From NCBI GenBank assembly GCA_947451985.1, contig CANGBQ010000001.1:11471-75470 (forward strand): a DNA stretch of 64,000 bases, read 5' to 3'. The first letter of the stretch is position 1, and the number at the start of each line of letters is the position of its first letter. This DNA comes from Chitinophagaceae bacterium. GTDB taxonomy: Bacteria > Bacteroidota > Bacteroidia > Chitinophagales > Chitinophagaceae. The notes below the pieces were generated by a model, which saw only the letters and a program-made list of their open reading frames with translations, had not been told where the DNA came from and did not search any database. This document shows, piece by piece, positions 26,643 to 36,329 of this stretch. The position numbers and the translations under genes are program-made.

Positions 26643-27071
26643 TTATTTTGAATGGTTTTTGGATTGAATATATTCCAATAAATCGCCGGTAGGAATCACA
26701 GGCAGTCCGGTGGTGTCACCATTGAACCAATAAATCCATGCGGTGGTGGTTTGATCTTGGTGATATACCTCCACCAAAGATCTTTTATATAAGGGAGTTT
26801 CTCCTGCCTCTACAATCAATCCTTCATAATCATCCAATTGGGCGATGGCCCACTGAAAGGCATCCACACTGTTCGCTGCATATAGCTCTCCGATAATAAA
26901 TGCGTCTTCGGTTGGGATGGCGACAGGATAAGTCCCTTTGTCATAAAAACGCCCCTTTACTTTCGCTTCTCCTATGAGTGAAAAAAAATCAGACAAATAC
27001 CTGTACGCAGGATTGCGAAATCCACTGCGCAGTGAACCATATACAAAAACTTGATAGACAGGTGCTGTCAT
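26643..27071 (-). CDS. Gamma-glutamylcyclotransferase family protein
   Basis: VFVYGSLRSG, YPVA, GELY, LDDYEG, AWIYW. Confidence 0.85.
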   Translation of the reverse strand: MTAPVYQVFVYGSLRSGFRNPAYRYLSDFFSLIGEAKVKGRFYDKGTYPVAIPTEDAFIIGELYAANSVDAFQWAIAQLDDYEGLIVEAGETPLYKRSLVEVYHQDQTTTAWIYWFNGDTTGLPVIPTGDLLEYIQSKNHSK

Positions 27072-27082
27072 AGAATCTAAGG

Positions 27083-27712
27083 TTACCCTTCAATTAGAAA
27101 ACAATATACTTCTTTTGGTCCATGTACGCCTGTTACAAGCGTTTTTTCAATGTCCGCCGTTCGGCTGGGTCCGCTTGCAAAAGTGATGAGGGAAGGTATA
27201 TTGGAAGTATATTTTTCTTTCAAAAACTGCAGCGCTTCTTTTGCATCATATACCAATTGGCTGGTGTATGCAATGCATATATGAATAGGGGCGTACACAC
27301 TGGTCGTTCTTCCACTGGCCTGTGCCGAACTCATTACGATGGTGCCGGTTCTGGCCACTAAATACTCGCAGCTGGTCAGAGAAGCATCACAGCTTTCCAA
27401 ATGGGCCGAGGGTGTTAACTGCAAAGAAGTCAATAAGGAAGTCAGCTTTTTTTCTACACAATACATTTCTTTCCAGCCCTTGATTTCGATTAATTGTGCC
27501 AATTGTTGCTGAAGGCTTGCTTCATCCGGACAAAAAATAAATTTTCCTTGCAGTTGATTAAATGATTGTGCAAAAGCTACCGCTATATCTTCGGTCGGTT
27601 TGGTAAAAACAGATTGAGCGCCTTCACTCTGAGGAAAGGGCAAGGGCACAGGATTGCTCAGCGCTTGCCGTATTCTTTTTAAAATATTTTCTTTTGCGGG
27701 AGTGGTGGCCAT
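27083..27712 (-). CDS. LUD-domain protein (LutC/YkgG-like)
   Basis: CE.LVARTGTIV, S...P.HI and SGPSRTADIEKTLV.GVHGP. Confidence 0.85.
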   Translation of the reverse strand: MATTPAKENILKRIRQALSNPVPLPFPQSEGAQSVFTKPTEDIAVAFAQSFNQLQGKFIFCPDEASLQQQLAQLIEIKGWKEMYCVEKKLTSLLTSLQLTPSAHLESCDASLTSCEYLVARTGTIVMSSAQASGRTTSVYAPIHICIAYTSQLVYDAKEALQFLKEKYTSNIPSLITFASGPSRTADIEKTLVTGVHGPKEVYCFLIEG

Positions 27713-27721
27713 CTCACAGAT

Positions 27722-29794
27722 TTATGATACCGTATTGGGTTGCGCGTCTGTATCTGGAGTAGTGTCTGGAGGCGTCGTTGTTGGCTCCTCCTGAATGTCT
27801 ACAATCTTCTTTTCCTCAAAAGGTCTTTTGCCAATCAGTGCTTCCACATCGCTTTTGAACAACACTTCTTTTACCAATAATTCTTTGGCTAATTTTTCTA
27901 CTTCTGCCTTTCTCTCTGTGAGCAGTTTTTTTGTTTTGATATATGCCTGATCAATCAATTCACGCACTTCATGGTCAATCATTTTTCCGGTTTCTTCACT
28001 GTATGGCTTGGTGAAATAATTTTCCTGTGCAGGATCGTAGAAGCTGATGTTGCCCACCTTTTCGTTCATACCATAAACAGTTACCATGCTATAGGCAATC
28101 TTCGTGATTTGTTGCAGGTCATTGCTGGCACCGGTGCTGATTTTTCCGAAGAAAATATCTTCACTAGCTCTGCCACCTAAAGTCATACAGATTTGATCAA
28201 TCAACTGATCGGTGTTGTACAAGTATTGTTCCTTGGGGGTGTATTGTGCATATCCCAATGCAGCAGTACCTCTGGGTACAATGGTTACTTTTAGTAATGG
28301 GTAAGCGTGTTCTAAATACCATCCGCAAATAGCGTGTCCGGCTTCATGATACGCAATGATTTCTTTTTCTTCGGGAGAGATGATTTTGTTTTTCTTTTCC
28401 AATCCGCCAATCACGCGATCGATGGCATCTTGAAAATCGCTCATGTCTACGGCTTCTTTGTTTTTTCTGGCGGCAATCAGGGCTGCTTCATTGCAAACAT
28501 TCGCAATGTCGGCACCCGCAAAACCTGGAGTTTGTTCTGCCAACTTATGAATGTCCAGGGTTTCAGATGTTTTGATGGGTTTCAAGTGCACTTTAAAGAT
28601 GGCTTCTCTTCCTACTAAGTCAGGACGATCGATCGTAATTTGTCTGTCAAACCTTCCGGGTCTTAACAAGGCGCTGTCCAATACATCGGGCCTGTTGGTA
28701 GCCGCTAAAATAATGATGCCCAAGTCGGTTCCAAAACCATCCATCTCCACCAATAGTTGATTCAAGGTATTTTCACGCTCGTCATTACTCATCATTACAT
28801 TTTTTCCTCTGGCGCGTCCAATGGCATCTATTTCATCAATGAATATGATACAAGGTGCTTTTTCTCTGGCTTGCTTGAACAAATCCCTTACCCTGCTCGC
28901 ACCTACACCTACAAACATTTCAACAAAATCACTTCCACTCAAACTAAAGAAAGGAACCTGCGCTTCGCCCGCAACTGCTTTTGCCAAAAGCGTTTTACCG
29001 GTACCGGGAGGGCCCACCAATAAGGCACCTTTTGGAATTTTACCACCCAATGCAGTGTATTTTTTGGGATTTTTCAAGAAGTCGACAATCTCCATCACTT
29101 CTACTTTGGCTTCATCGAGTCCGGCCACATCTCCAAAATTGATGTCCACCTTGGTGCCTTTTTCAAACAAAGTCGCTTTCGATTTGCCGATGTTGAAAAT
29201 GCCGCCTGCGCCACCCGCACCGCCAGCACCGCCGCCCACTTTGCGCATCATCATGATGAACAAAAATCCAATCAACAAAATGGGCAACAAAGAACTAATG
29301 ATTTGCGAAAACAATTCACCCTCATCATCCGGAGAGTCGGGCACTTGCGTCACCAATGGATTTTTGTTGTAGAAATCGCTGATTTGACTGGCAAAGGTTT
29401 TGTCGTCTACAATGCTGAAGAACAACTGAGGGGCGTTCGATTTTTTCGCTGTCTCATATCGCTTGTTGTTTTCTTTCTCGTTCAAGAGTTGATTGTATAC
29501 CTCAGTCTTATTGTTGAGGCTGTCTTTATTGATAAAAACGCGGACAATCTTTTTGTTTCGGATGGTTTTAATTTTCTCTACATCCCCTTGCTTCAGCATT
29601 TCGTAAAATTTTTGCTGATCTGTTTCAATCCCGCCACTTTCTACGCCTCTAACCAGGTTGTAAGAAATAATCGAGAGGAAAACAATCCCATAGATCCAGT
29701 AGATATTGAATTTGTTTTTTCGCTTTGGAGATTCTTGTCCCATCGGATTGTTATTGTTGGAGGAGGAATTCCTGTTGTTGTTTGACTGACTCAT
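27722..29794 (-). CDS. ftsH: ATP-dependent zinc metalloprotease FtsH
   Basis: Two TM helices, [19 protein letters not shown] motif [24 protein letters not shown]. Confidence 0.97.
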   Translation of the reverse strand: MSQSNNNRNSSSNNNNPMGQESPKRKNKFNIYWIYGIVFLSIISYNLVRGVESGGIETDQQKFYEMLKQGDVEKIKTIRNKKIVRVFINKDSLNNKTEVYNQLLNEKENNKRYETAKKSNAPQLFFSIVDDKTFASQISDFYNKNPLVTQVPDSPDDEGELFSQIISSLLPILLIGFLFIMMMRKVGGGAGGAGGAGGIFNIGKSKATLFEKGTKVDINFGDVAGLDEAKVEVMEIVDFLKNPKKYTALGGKIPKGALLVGPPGTGKTLLAKAVAGEAQVPFFSLSGSDFVEMFVGVGASRVRDLFKQAREKAPCIIFIDEIDAIGRARGKNVMMSNDERENTLNQLLVEMDGFGTDLGIIILAATNRPDVLDSALLRPGRFDRQITIDRPDLVGREAIFKVHLKPIKTSETLDIHKLAEQTPGFAGADIANVCNEAALIAARKNKEAVDMSDFQDAIDRVIGGLEKKNKIISPEEKEIIAYHEAGHAICGWYLEHAYPLLKVTIVPRGTAALGYAQYTPKEQYLYNTDQLIDQICMTLGGRASEDIFFGKISTGASNDLQQITKIAYSMVTVYGMNEKVGNISFYDPAQENYFTKPYSEETGKMIDHEVRELIDQAYIKTKKLLTERKAEVEKLAKELLVKEVLFKSDVEALIGKRPFEEKKIVDIQEEPTTTPPDTTPDTDAQPNTVS

Positions 29795-29834
29795 AAACTG
29801 CTTTTGCCGTTGTTTGTAAATGATAGGGTAGTGA

Positions 29835-30236
29835 TTAGAGGTTGTGCTCCATAGCAGGGGCGTCGCTCCACAATTCTTCTAGGTGATAAAATTTTCTAGG
29901 TTCTGGCAGCATGATATGCACCACAATGTTTACGTAATCAATCAATATCCATTGCTCTGCCTGTTTTCCTTCGTGTTTAAAAGGGGCTTCACCGCATGTT
30001 TCTTTAACTTCTTTCTCAATGTTATCGCCAATGGCCCTTAATTGATTGTTGTTGCTGGCTTGACAGATGATAAAAAAGTCTGCCACCGCTTCAGGAATTT
30101 TTCTCAAATCAAGGCTGACGATATTTTCACCTTTTTTGTCTTGTATTGCTTCAATAATTGTCTTGAAAAGTTTGCTGTTTCTGGTTAGCCGAGCAGGACT
30201 TTTTGCTCTGCTTTTTAATACGTTCAAATTACTCAA
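29835..30236 (-). CDS. rsfS: Ribosome silencing factor
   Basis: [47 protein letters not shown] start. Confidence 0.9.
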   Translation of the reverse strand: MSNLNVLKSRAKSPARLTRNSKLFKTIIEAIQDKKGENIVSLDLRKIPEAVADFFIICQASNNNQLRAIGDNIEKEVKETCGEAPFKHEGKQAEQWILIDYVNIVVHIMLPEPRKFYHLEELWSDAPAMEHNL

Positions 30237-30317
30237 AAGTGTTACTTTTAATGTTTATTATAAACCTGTTTGGATGCTGTGTCGCAGGGAGAGAAAAACC
30301 TCTCATGCAGCTGGTAT

Positions 30318-30325
30318 CAAAAGTA
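30318..30325 (-). promoter_or_regulatory. -7 element (TACTTTTG) for the rsfS-ftsH operon
   Basis: Exact TAnnTTTG, implying a leader of about 75 nt. Confidence 0.55.
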
Positions 30326-30350
30326 CTATTTCTTTGCCATTTCTTACTTT

Positions 30351-31082
30351 ATGAAATCTTCCGCCTCCTTTCATATGGTCGATTGTGTAGATAGCTCCAA
30401 CAACTATGCCATGGAACAGGTGCATGCAGGATTGGCCGGCTCTGGAATGGCTTGGTTTGCCAATGAACAGCTGTCCGGCAAAGGACAGAGAGGCAAAAGC
30501 TGGGAAAGCCAGCCAGGCGCCAATATCACGATGAGCGTGGCTTTCGTGCCCCCCAAAGCTTTTTGGTCTCAACCATTTCTTTGGAATGCGCTCATAGCCA
30601 ATACCTGTCGGCAGTTCTTAGCTGGCCTTACCGATCATACCGTCACCATCAAATGGCCCAATGATTTGTACATAGATGACAGAAAGGCAGGAGGCATACT
30701 GATTGAAAACAGTTACCAAGGTCAAGCATGGTCTTGGTCGATTGTCGGCATCGGCATCAATATCAATCAAACCAGTTTCGATTCATCGCTTCCCAATCCT
30801 ATTTCTTTGCAACAACTTACTCAATCACTGTATAACGTGCCGGATCTAGCCAAGCAGTTGCATCTTCAGTTGATACATGCTGTTGAGCATCCGGAGGCCC
30901 ATTCCATCCTATGGGAAGTATACCAACAGCACTTATACAAGCGCTACCAGCAACAAAAACTTCGAAAGGCCAATGCGGTGTTTGAAACCCAGATCATGGG
31001 CGTGAATCAATACGGACAACTGCTGACCAAGGATACCTTGGATCGAGCATTTTCCTTCGGGGAAGTGGAATGGATTCTATAA
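30351..31082 (+). CDS. birA: Biotin--[acetyl-CoA-carboxylase] ligase (no HTH; group I BPL)
   Basis: DSSNNYA, Q..GKGQRGKSW, IKWPNDL, KAGGILIE, GIGININQ. Confidence 0.9.
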   Translation: MKSSASFHMVDCVDSSNNYAMEQVHAGLAGSGMAWFANEQLSGKGQRGKSWESQPGANITMSVAFVPPKAFWSQPFLWNALIANTCRQFLAGLTDHTVTIKWPNDLYIDDRKAGGILIENSYQGQAWSWSIVGIGININQTSFDSSLPNPISLQQLTQSLYNVPDLAKQLHLQLIHAVEHPEAHSILWEVYQQHLYKRYQQQKLRKANAVFETQIMGVNQYGQLLTKDTLDRAFSFGEVEWIL

Positions 31083-31084
31083 AC

Positions 31085-31573
31085 TTACTTGCGTTCTTTC
31101 GAATTGCTTAGTGTTGCCCAGGCCGCCAAGATTTCAGCAGCGTGTTCTTTGCTCTTAGGCTTGTCAAAAATTTTCCGAATGACACCCTTGCTGTCAATTA
31201 AAAAAGTAGTTCTGATGAGGCCCATGTATTTTTTCCCGTATAATTTCTTCTCGCCCCACACTCCATATTTTTGAATGATGGTTAGGCTTGGATCTGCTAT
31301 GAGTGGAAAAGGGAGTTCGTGTTTTTGCTCAAATTTCTTGTGTTTTGCCTCTTCATCTGGGCTCACGCCTATCACGATCAATCCTTTGTTTCTAAGTAAG
31401 CCATAATGGTCCCTTAAGTTGCATGCTTGTACAGTGCAGGTGGGTGTGTCGTCTTTTGGATAGAAATACAACACAATATTTTTTCCTTTGTAATCAGCCA
31501 ATGAAATGGCTTTGCCATTTTGGTCTTTCCCTTTAAAAGCGGGTGCTTTGGTGCCTTCTATTAGCGGACTCAT
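31085..31573 (-). CDS. bcp: Thioredoxin-dependent thiol peroxidase (BCP/PrxQ)
   Basis: LYFYPKDDTPTCTVQAC, FPLIAD, RTTFLID. Confidence 0.92.
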   Translation of the reverse strand: MSPLIEGTKAPAFKGKDQNGKAISLADYKGKNIVLYFYPKDDTPTCTVQACNLRDHYGLLRNKGLIVIGVSPDEEAKHKKFEQKHELPFPLIADPSLTIIQKYGVWGEKKLYGKKYMGLIRTTFLIDSKGVIRKIFDKPKSKEHAAEILAAWATLSNSKERK

Positions 31574-31582
31574 GAGGATAAT

Positions 31583-33286
31583 TTATCGCGTGAAATAAAA
31601 TGTTTTGGTTGCAATATTGCCTGCCAAATCTGTAACAGTCAACTCCAAAGAATGTTCGCCCGGAGGGCAATGTTCATCAAATGAATATCGAAACACTTTT
31701 CCTTTGTCATTGCTGAAGCAAAGCCATTGGCCATCCAGTATTGCATTGAATGTCCCTATTTCTTCCGTGTTGTCTGATACGGCAAAGGCGATGCTTTTGA
31801 GGCCAGACCAATTACTACTATTGTTCAAACGACCAATAGGCCGAATGACAGGAGCGATGGTGTCTAGTATAAGTTGAAATTGTCCTAAGCTTCTGAAAGA
31901 AGCGCTGTACCAATCGTTTGCGACCACCGTTTTTTTAAATTCCGTTTTATTGTTCCAGCTTCGTTTCATGATTATGCGACCAGTGTCTTTGATTGCAAAA
32001 GCATCTTTTATTTTAACGGAAAAATATTTATACAACGGCACCTGTTTATGGTGAAGCTGGTAAATCGGTTTTCCCACTGCAGGTTTTATTACTTGATACG
32101 CAAAATGAAATGAATCAAAAATCGCTTCTTCATTCAGGTAAAAAGAAACCACCTCGTTTTCAAAAACATTGACATGATTCGGCTTGAACAAGGGGCCCGA
32201 TATGGTCGGGACATTCGATACTGCAAGGCTATCGTGCACAATCGAAAACTGCAAAACCGAAGGATTGTTGTGCGCATCCCATAGGGTGATGGTGATGTCA
32301 TGGGGTTGATTGTCTGTCAAATCAATGCTTCCATCTTCACCGGAGGCTGTCTGATAAATTCCCTTTGTATAGCCCGGAAGCGGAGAGAGATATTGTAAAA
32401 AAGGGCCGCCATTGGAACGAGTTGAATAATCGATGTGTGCATTCAGGCTCCTGGTTTCATCGTATGAAATGCTATCCATCAAAAATCCGCTGATCCAATG
32501 TCCATTATTGGTAAGTTCGCCTTTGTAAATGCCATTTTGGTTGCTGCTTCCTGAGCTCCTATCCGTAGTCGTTACAGCAAATATCACTTTGGTGGCAGCG
32601 GTGCGAATCATTCCGGCTGTATAATTGCCATTTGATTTTTTTACGGGATACAATCTGGGTTGCTGTTCATAAGTGCTTCGGTTTCGGTCGTAAACAGCCA
32701 GTCGAAAGACATCGGGTGCCACATCATCTGCTATCTGAAATCCGAACAACAATGGATTCAGCACTTTGTCTGTTTGAGTGTCTCTGATTTCAAAATGCAA
32801 GTGCGGACCTTGAGAAGCGCCTGTGTTGCCGCTGTAGGCAATGAAATCTCCTTTTTGAACAGGAAACAAGGTGGGAGGAATATCTATGAACAGCTTCCAT
32901 TGTTTTTGCTGGTATTGCTGCTGTTCAACGTATTGTTCCAGTGCCGGAAAGAAATCATTCAAATGCGCATACAGGGTAGTCAGTCCATTGGGATGGTTGA
33001 TGTAGAGGGCCCGCCCAAAGCCCAGGGGTTCGATTTTTACCTTGGCGATATACCCTTCTGCTGCCGCCAATACGGGAATGTTTTCTCTCTCTTCTGTTTT
33101 ACAATCCAGCCCCATGTGGTAATGGTTGGGTCGCAATTCTCCAAAATTGGCTACCAATAAGGGTTTGGTGTCCACCGGCCATTGAAAATATCCTTGGGGA
33201 TAGCGGGGGTCTTGCAAGTGCTGTGCAAAATTGATTTTCGGACAGACCAATCCAAGCCAAAGTAGAAGTAATGCGTGCTTTTTCAT
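31583..33286 (-). CDS. Exported M23-family metallopeptidase with C-terminal extension
   Basis: Signal peptide, FGELRPNHYHMGLD, TLYAHL, GPHLHFEIRD. Confidence 0.87.
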   Translation of the reverse strand: MKKHALLLLWLGLVCPKINFAQHLQDPRYPQGYFQWPVDTKPLLVANFGELRPNHYHMGLDCKTEERENIPVLAAAEGYIAKVKIEPLGFGRALYINHPNGLTTLYAHLNDFFPALEQYVEQQQYQQKQWKLFIDIPPTLFPVQKGDFIAYSGNTGASQGPHLHFEIRDTQTDKVLNPLLFGFQIADDVAPDVFRLAVYDRNRSTYEQQPRLYPVKKSNGNYTAGMIRTAATKVIFAVTTTDRSSGSSNQNGIYKGELTNNGHWISGFLMDSISYDETRSLNAHIDYSTRSNGGPFLQYLSPLPGYTKGIYQTASGEDGSIDLTDNQPHDITITLWDAHNNPSVLQFSIVHDSLAVSNVPTISGPLFKPNHVNVFENEVVSFYLNEEAIFDSFHFAYQVIKPAVGKPIYQLHHKQVPLYKYFSVKIKDAFAIKDTGRIIMKRSWNNKTEFKKTVVANDWYSASFRSLGQFQLILDTIAPVIRPIGRLNNSSNWSGLKSIAFAVSDNTEEIGTFNAILDGQWLCFSNDKGKVFRYSFDEHCPPGEHSLELTVTDLAGNIATKTFYFTR

Positions 33287-33390
33287 TCCAAGATCAATGG
33301 AGTAAAGTTAGTGATAAGCCCTTGTAAAATGTATGATTTTCAATTGGTTTTGCGCTATTGGTTTTATGGAAAAATAATGCTCCTTCAAAA

Positions 33391-33422
33391 TTTGCGACAC
33401 TAGTTTTTTAGAATTACTTTTG
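33391..33422 (+). promoter_or_regulatory. Complete -33/-7 housekeeping promoter for carB
   Basis: TTTG (33391-33394), 20-nt spacer, TACTTTTG (33415-33422). Confidence 0.7.
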
Positions 33423-33448
33423 CACGCCACTCTATTCGGCAACTTCTT

Positions 33449-36289
33449 ATGCCAAAAAACAACTCTATTCAAACGGTATTAATTATTGGAAGCGGACCCA
33501 TTATTATCGGTCAGGCTTGTGAATTTGACTATAGCGGCACCCAAGCGGCGCGTAGTTTAAGAGAAGAAGGAGTAAAAGTCATATTGATCAATAGCAATCC
33601 CGCTACTATTATGACGGATCCGATGATGGCGGACCGCGTGTATCTATTGCCTTTGACCGTGGAAAGCATTGAGCAAATTTTGGAAGAAAATAAAATAGAC
33701 GCGGTATTGCCTACCATGGGCGGTCAAACGGCGCTGAACTTATGCAAGGAAGTAGATGAATTGGGTATTTGGGAAAAATACAAGGTGCAATTGATTGGCG
33801 TTGACATCAAAGCCATTGACAAAGCCGAGGATAGAGAGCAGTTTAGAAAGTGGATGATTGAAATGAACATTCCGGTGGCGCCTGCCAAAATTGCCAACTC
33901 TTTTTTAGAAGGAAAAGAATTTGCGCAGTCGATTGGTTTTCCATTGGTGATTCGTCCATCCTTTACTTTGGGCGGAACCGGCGGGGGTATTGTTTTTAAA
34001 AAAGAAGACTTGGACGAAGCGTTGAATAACGGATTGACTGCTTCGCCTATACACGAAGTATTGGTAGAAAAAGCAGTATTGGGCTGGAAAGAATTTGAAT
34101 TGGAATTGCTGAGAGACAACGCAGACAACGTAGCCATCATTTGCACAGTAGAAAATTTTGATCCAATGGGTGTGCATACCGGAGACAGCATCACCGTTGC
34201 TCCCGCGATGACATTGAGCGATACGGCCTATCAATTGATGCGCAACACCGCCATTCGAATGATGCGCAACCTGGGCAATTTTGCAGGCGGTTGCAATGTG
34301 CAGTTTGCATTGAATCCGCAGACGGAAGAAATTATTGTGGTGGAAATCAATCCGCGGGTAAGTCGTTCTTCTGCATTGGCGAGTAAGGCTACCGGTTATC
34401 CCATTGCTAAAATTGCCGCCAAACTGGCACTGGGATTCAATTTAGATGAATTGAAAAATCAAATCACCCAATCTACTTCTGCTTATTTTGAACCTGCCTT
34501 GGATTATGTCATTGTAAAAATCCCTCGCTGGAATTTTGACAAATTCAAAGGCGCCAATGATACGCTTGGTTTTCAAATGAAAAGTGTGGGAGAGGTGATG
34601 GGAATTGGCAGAAGCTTTGCTGAAGCGGTTCAGAAAGCTTGTCAAAGTTTGGAAAATGAAGCAGTGGGTTTGGGATACTATGGCAAAAGCTTGATGCATG
34701 CAGATGAATTGCTGGAGTACATCAAAATACCCAAGTGGGATCGGATTTTCCGAATCAAGGATGCTTTGATGGCAGGGGCCAGTGTGAAAAGGATTTGTGA
34801 GAATACTGGCATCGATCGTTGGTTTATTTATCAGATTCAGAAAATTTGCGATTGCGAAAAGCAAATCGCTCAATACGATCTTAAATCCTTACCCGACGAA
34901 TTATTAACAGAAGCGAAAGGGCTAGGTTTTAGTGACGAGCAGATTGTTCGAATCATGAGAGAGTCCGATAGCGAATCTTTGTATGAGCGCCGTAAAAAAA
35001 TGGGACTGACCAGAACCTATAAAATGGTCGACACTTGTAGTGCAGAGTTTATGGCAAAGACGCCTTATTTCTATTCTACTTTTGAGCCGAAGGCTGCTGC
35101 CGGTCAATTGTTGTCCAATGAGTCCATCGTGTCGGATAAAAAGAAAATCATTGTGTTGGGAAGTGGTCCCAATCGAATAGGGCAAGGCATTGAATTTGAT
35201 TATTGTTGTGTGCATGGTTTGCTGGCAATCAAAGAAAGCGGTTACGAAGCCATCATGGTGAATTGCAATCCCGAAACCGTCTCCACTGATTTTGACATTG
35301 CTGATAAATTATATTTTGAACCCGTGTTCTGGGAGCATTTATGGGAAATCGTGGAGCATGAAAAACCGGCTGGCGTCATTGTACAGTTGGGTGGTCAGAC
35401 GGCCTTGAAATTGGCTAAAAGACTTCATGAGAAAGGAATCAAGATCATCGGAACTTCTTTTGACAACATGGACATTGCAGAAGATCGCGGACGATTCAGC
35501 GACATGCTCAAAGAACTTGCCATTCCTTATCCAAAATACGGAACAGCCTTTAATACAGATGATGCCATTGAAGTGGCCCAAGAAGTGGGCTATCCTGTAT
35601 TGGTTAGACCCAGTTATGTCTTGGGTGGTCAAAGAATGCGCATCGTGCTCAACGACGAAGAGTTGGAAAAAGGCGTGTTGAGTCTATTAAAACATTTACC
35701 CGGCAATAAAATCCTCATCGATCATTTTCTGGATCGTTGTCAAGAGGCTGAAATCGATGCCATTTTCGATGGAACCAATTTTCATGTGATGGGAGTGATG
35801 GAGCACATTGAGCCTGCTGGTATTCACAGTGGAGACAGCAATGCGGTGTTGCCACAATTCAACCTGAGTCCACTCATTGTTCAGACCATGGAAGAATATG
35901 CCGAAAAAATTGCGCGCGCGTTGGATATTCGCGGCCTGATCAATATTCAGTTTGCCATTAAAGATGGAGATGTATTTGTGATTGAAGCCAATCCAAGGGC
36001 TTCGAGAACAACGCCGTTTATTGCCAAAGCGTATCAAATTCCTTATTTGAACATAGCTACCAAAGTGATGTTGGGCGTCGCCAGCTTGAAAGACTTTACG
36101 TACAATAAAAAGCTTACTGGCTTTGCCATCAAAGAACCGGTGTTTTCTTTTAATAAATTCCCAGGGGTAAACAAAGAATTGGGTCCTGAAATGAAGAGTA
36201 CTGGAGAAGCCATTCGATTCATCAAAGATTTGCGCGATCCTTATTTCAGGCAATTGTACAAAGAGCGAAGCATGCACTTGAGTAAATAA
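33449..36289 (+). CDS. carB: Carbamoyl-phosphate synthase large subunit (short form, 946 aa)
   Basis: IIGSGPIIIGQACEFDYSG and a duplicated ATP-grasp (ENFDPMGVHTGDS; HIEPAGIHSGDS). Ends shortly after PEMKSTGE. Confidence 0.95.
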   Translation: MPKNNSIQTVLIIGSGPIIIGQACEFDYSGTQAARSLREEGVKVILINSNPATIMTDPMMADRVYLLPLTVESIEQILEENKIDAVLPTMGGQTALNLCKEVDELGIWEKYKVQLIGVDIKAIDKAEDREQFRKWMIEMNIPVAPAKIANSFLEGKEFAQSIGFPLVIRPSFTLGGTGGGIVFKKEDLDEALNNGLTASPIHEVLVEKAVLGWKEFELELLRDNADNVAIICTVENFDPMGVHTGDSITVAPAMTLSDTAYQLMRNTAIRMMRNLGNFAGGCNVQFALNPQTEEIIVVEINPRVSRSSALASKATGYPIAKIAAKLALGFNLDELKNQITQSTSAYFEPALDYVIVKIPRWNFDKFKGANDTLGFQMKSVGEVMGIGRSFAEAVQKACQSLENEAVGLGYYGKSLMHADELLEYIKIPKWDRIFRIKDALMAGASVKRICENTGIDRWFIYQIQKICDCEKQIAQYDLKSLPDELLTEAKGLGFSDEQIVRIMRESDSESLYERRKKMGLTRTYKMVDTCSAEFMAKTPYFYSTFEPKAAAGQLLSNESIVSDKKKIIVLGSGPNRIGQGIEFDYCCVHGLLAIKESGYEAIMVNCNPETVSTDFDIADKLYFEPVFWEHLWEIVEHEKPAGVIVQLGGQTALKLAKRLHEKGIKIIGTSFDNMDIAEDRGRFSDMLKELAIPYPKYGTAFNTDDAIEVAQEVGYPVLVRPSYVLGGQRMRIVLNDEELEKGVLSLLKHLPGNKILIDHFLDRCQEAEIDAIFDGTNFHVMGVMEHIEPAGIHSGDSNAVLPQFNLSPLIVQTMEEYAEKIARALDIRGLINIQFAIKDGDVFVIEANPRASRTTPFIAKAYQIPYLNIATKVMLGVASLKDFTYNKKLTGFAIKEPVFSFNKFPGVNKELGPEMKSTGEAIRFIKDLRDPYFRQLYKERSMHLSK

Positions 36290-36329
36290 ACTTCATCTTT
36301 TTTTCTTTTCTGTTGCGCTAGATTAGCGG

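Noticed and set aside
27722-29794. Low-complexity stretches in FtsH (poly-Asn N-terminus, GGAGGAGGAGG linker, Thr/Pro tail)
   Set aside because: Variable linkers at these positions are usual for FtsH. The codons vary, so this is not a DNA tandem repeat or phase-variation tract.
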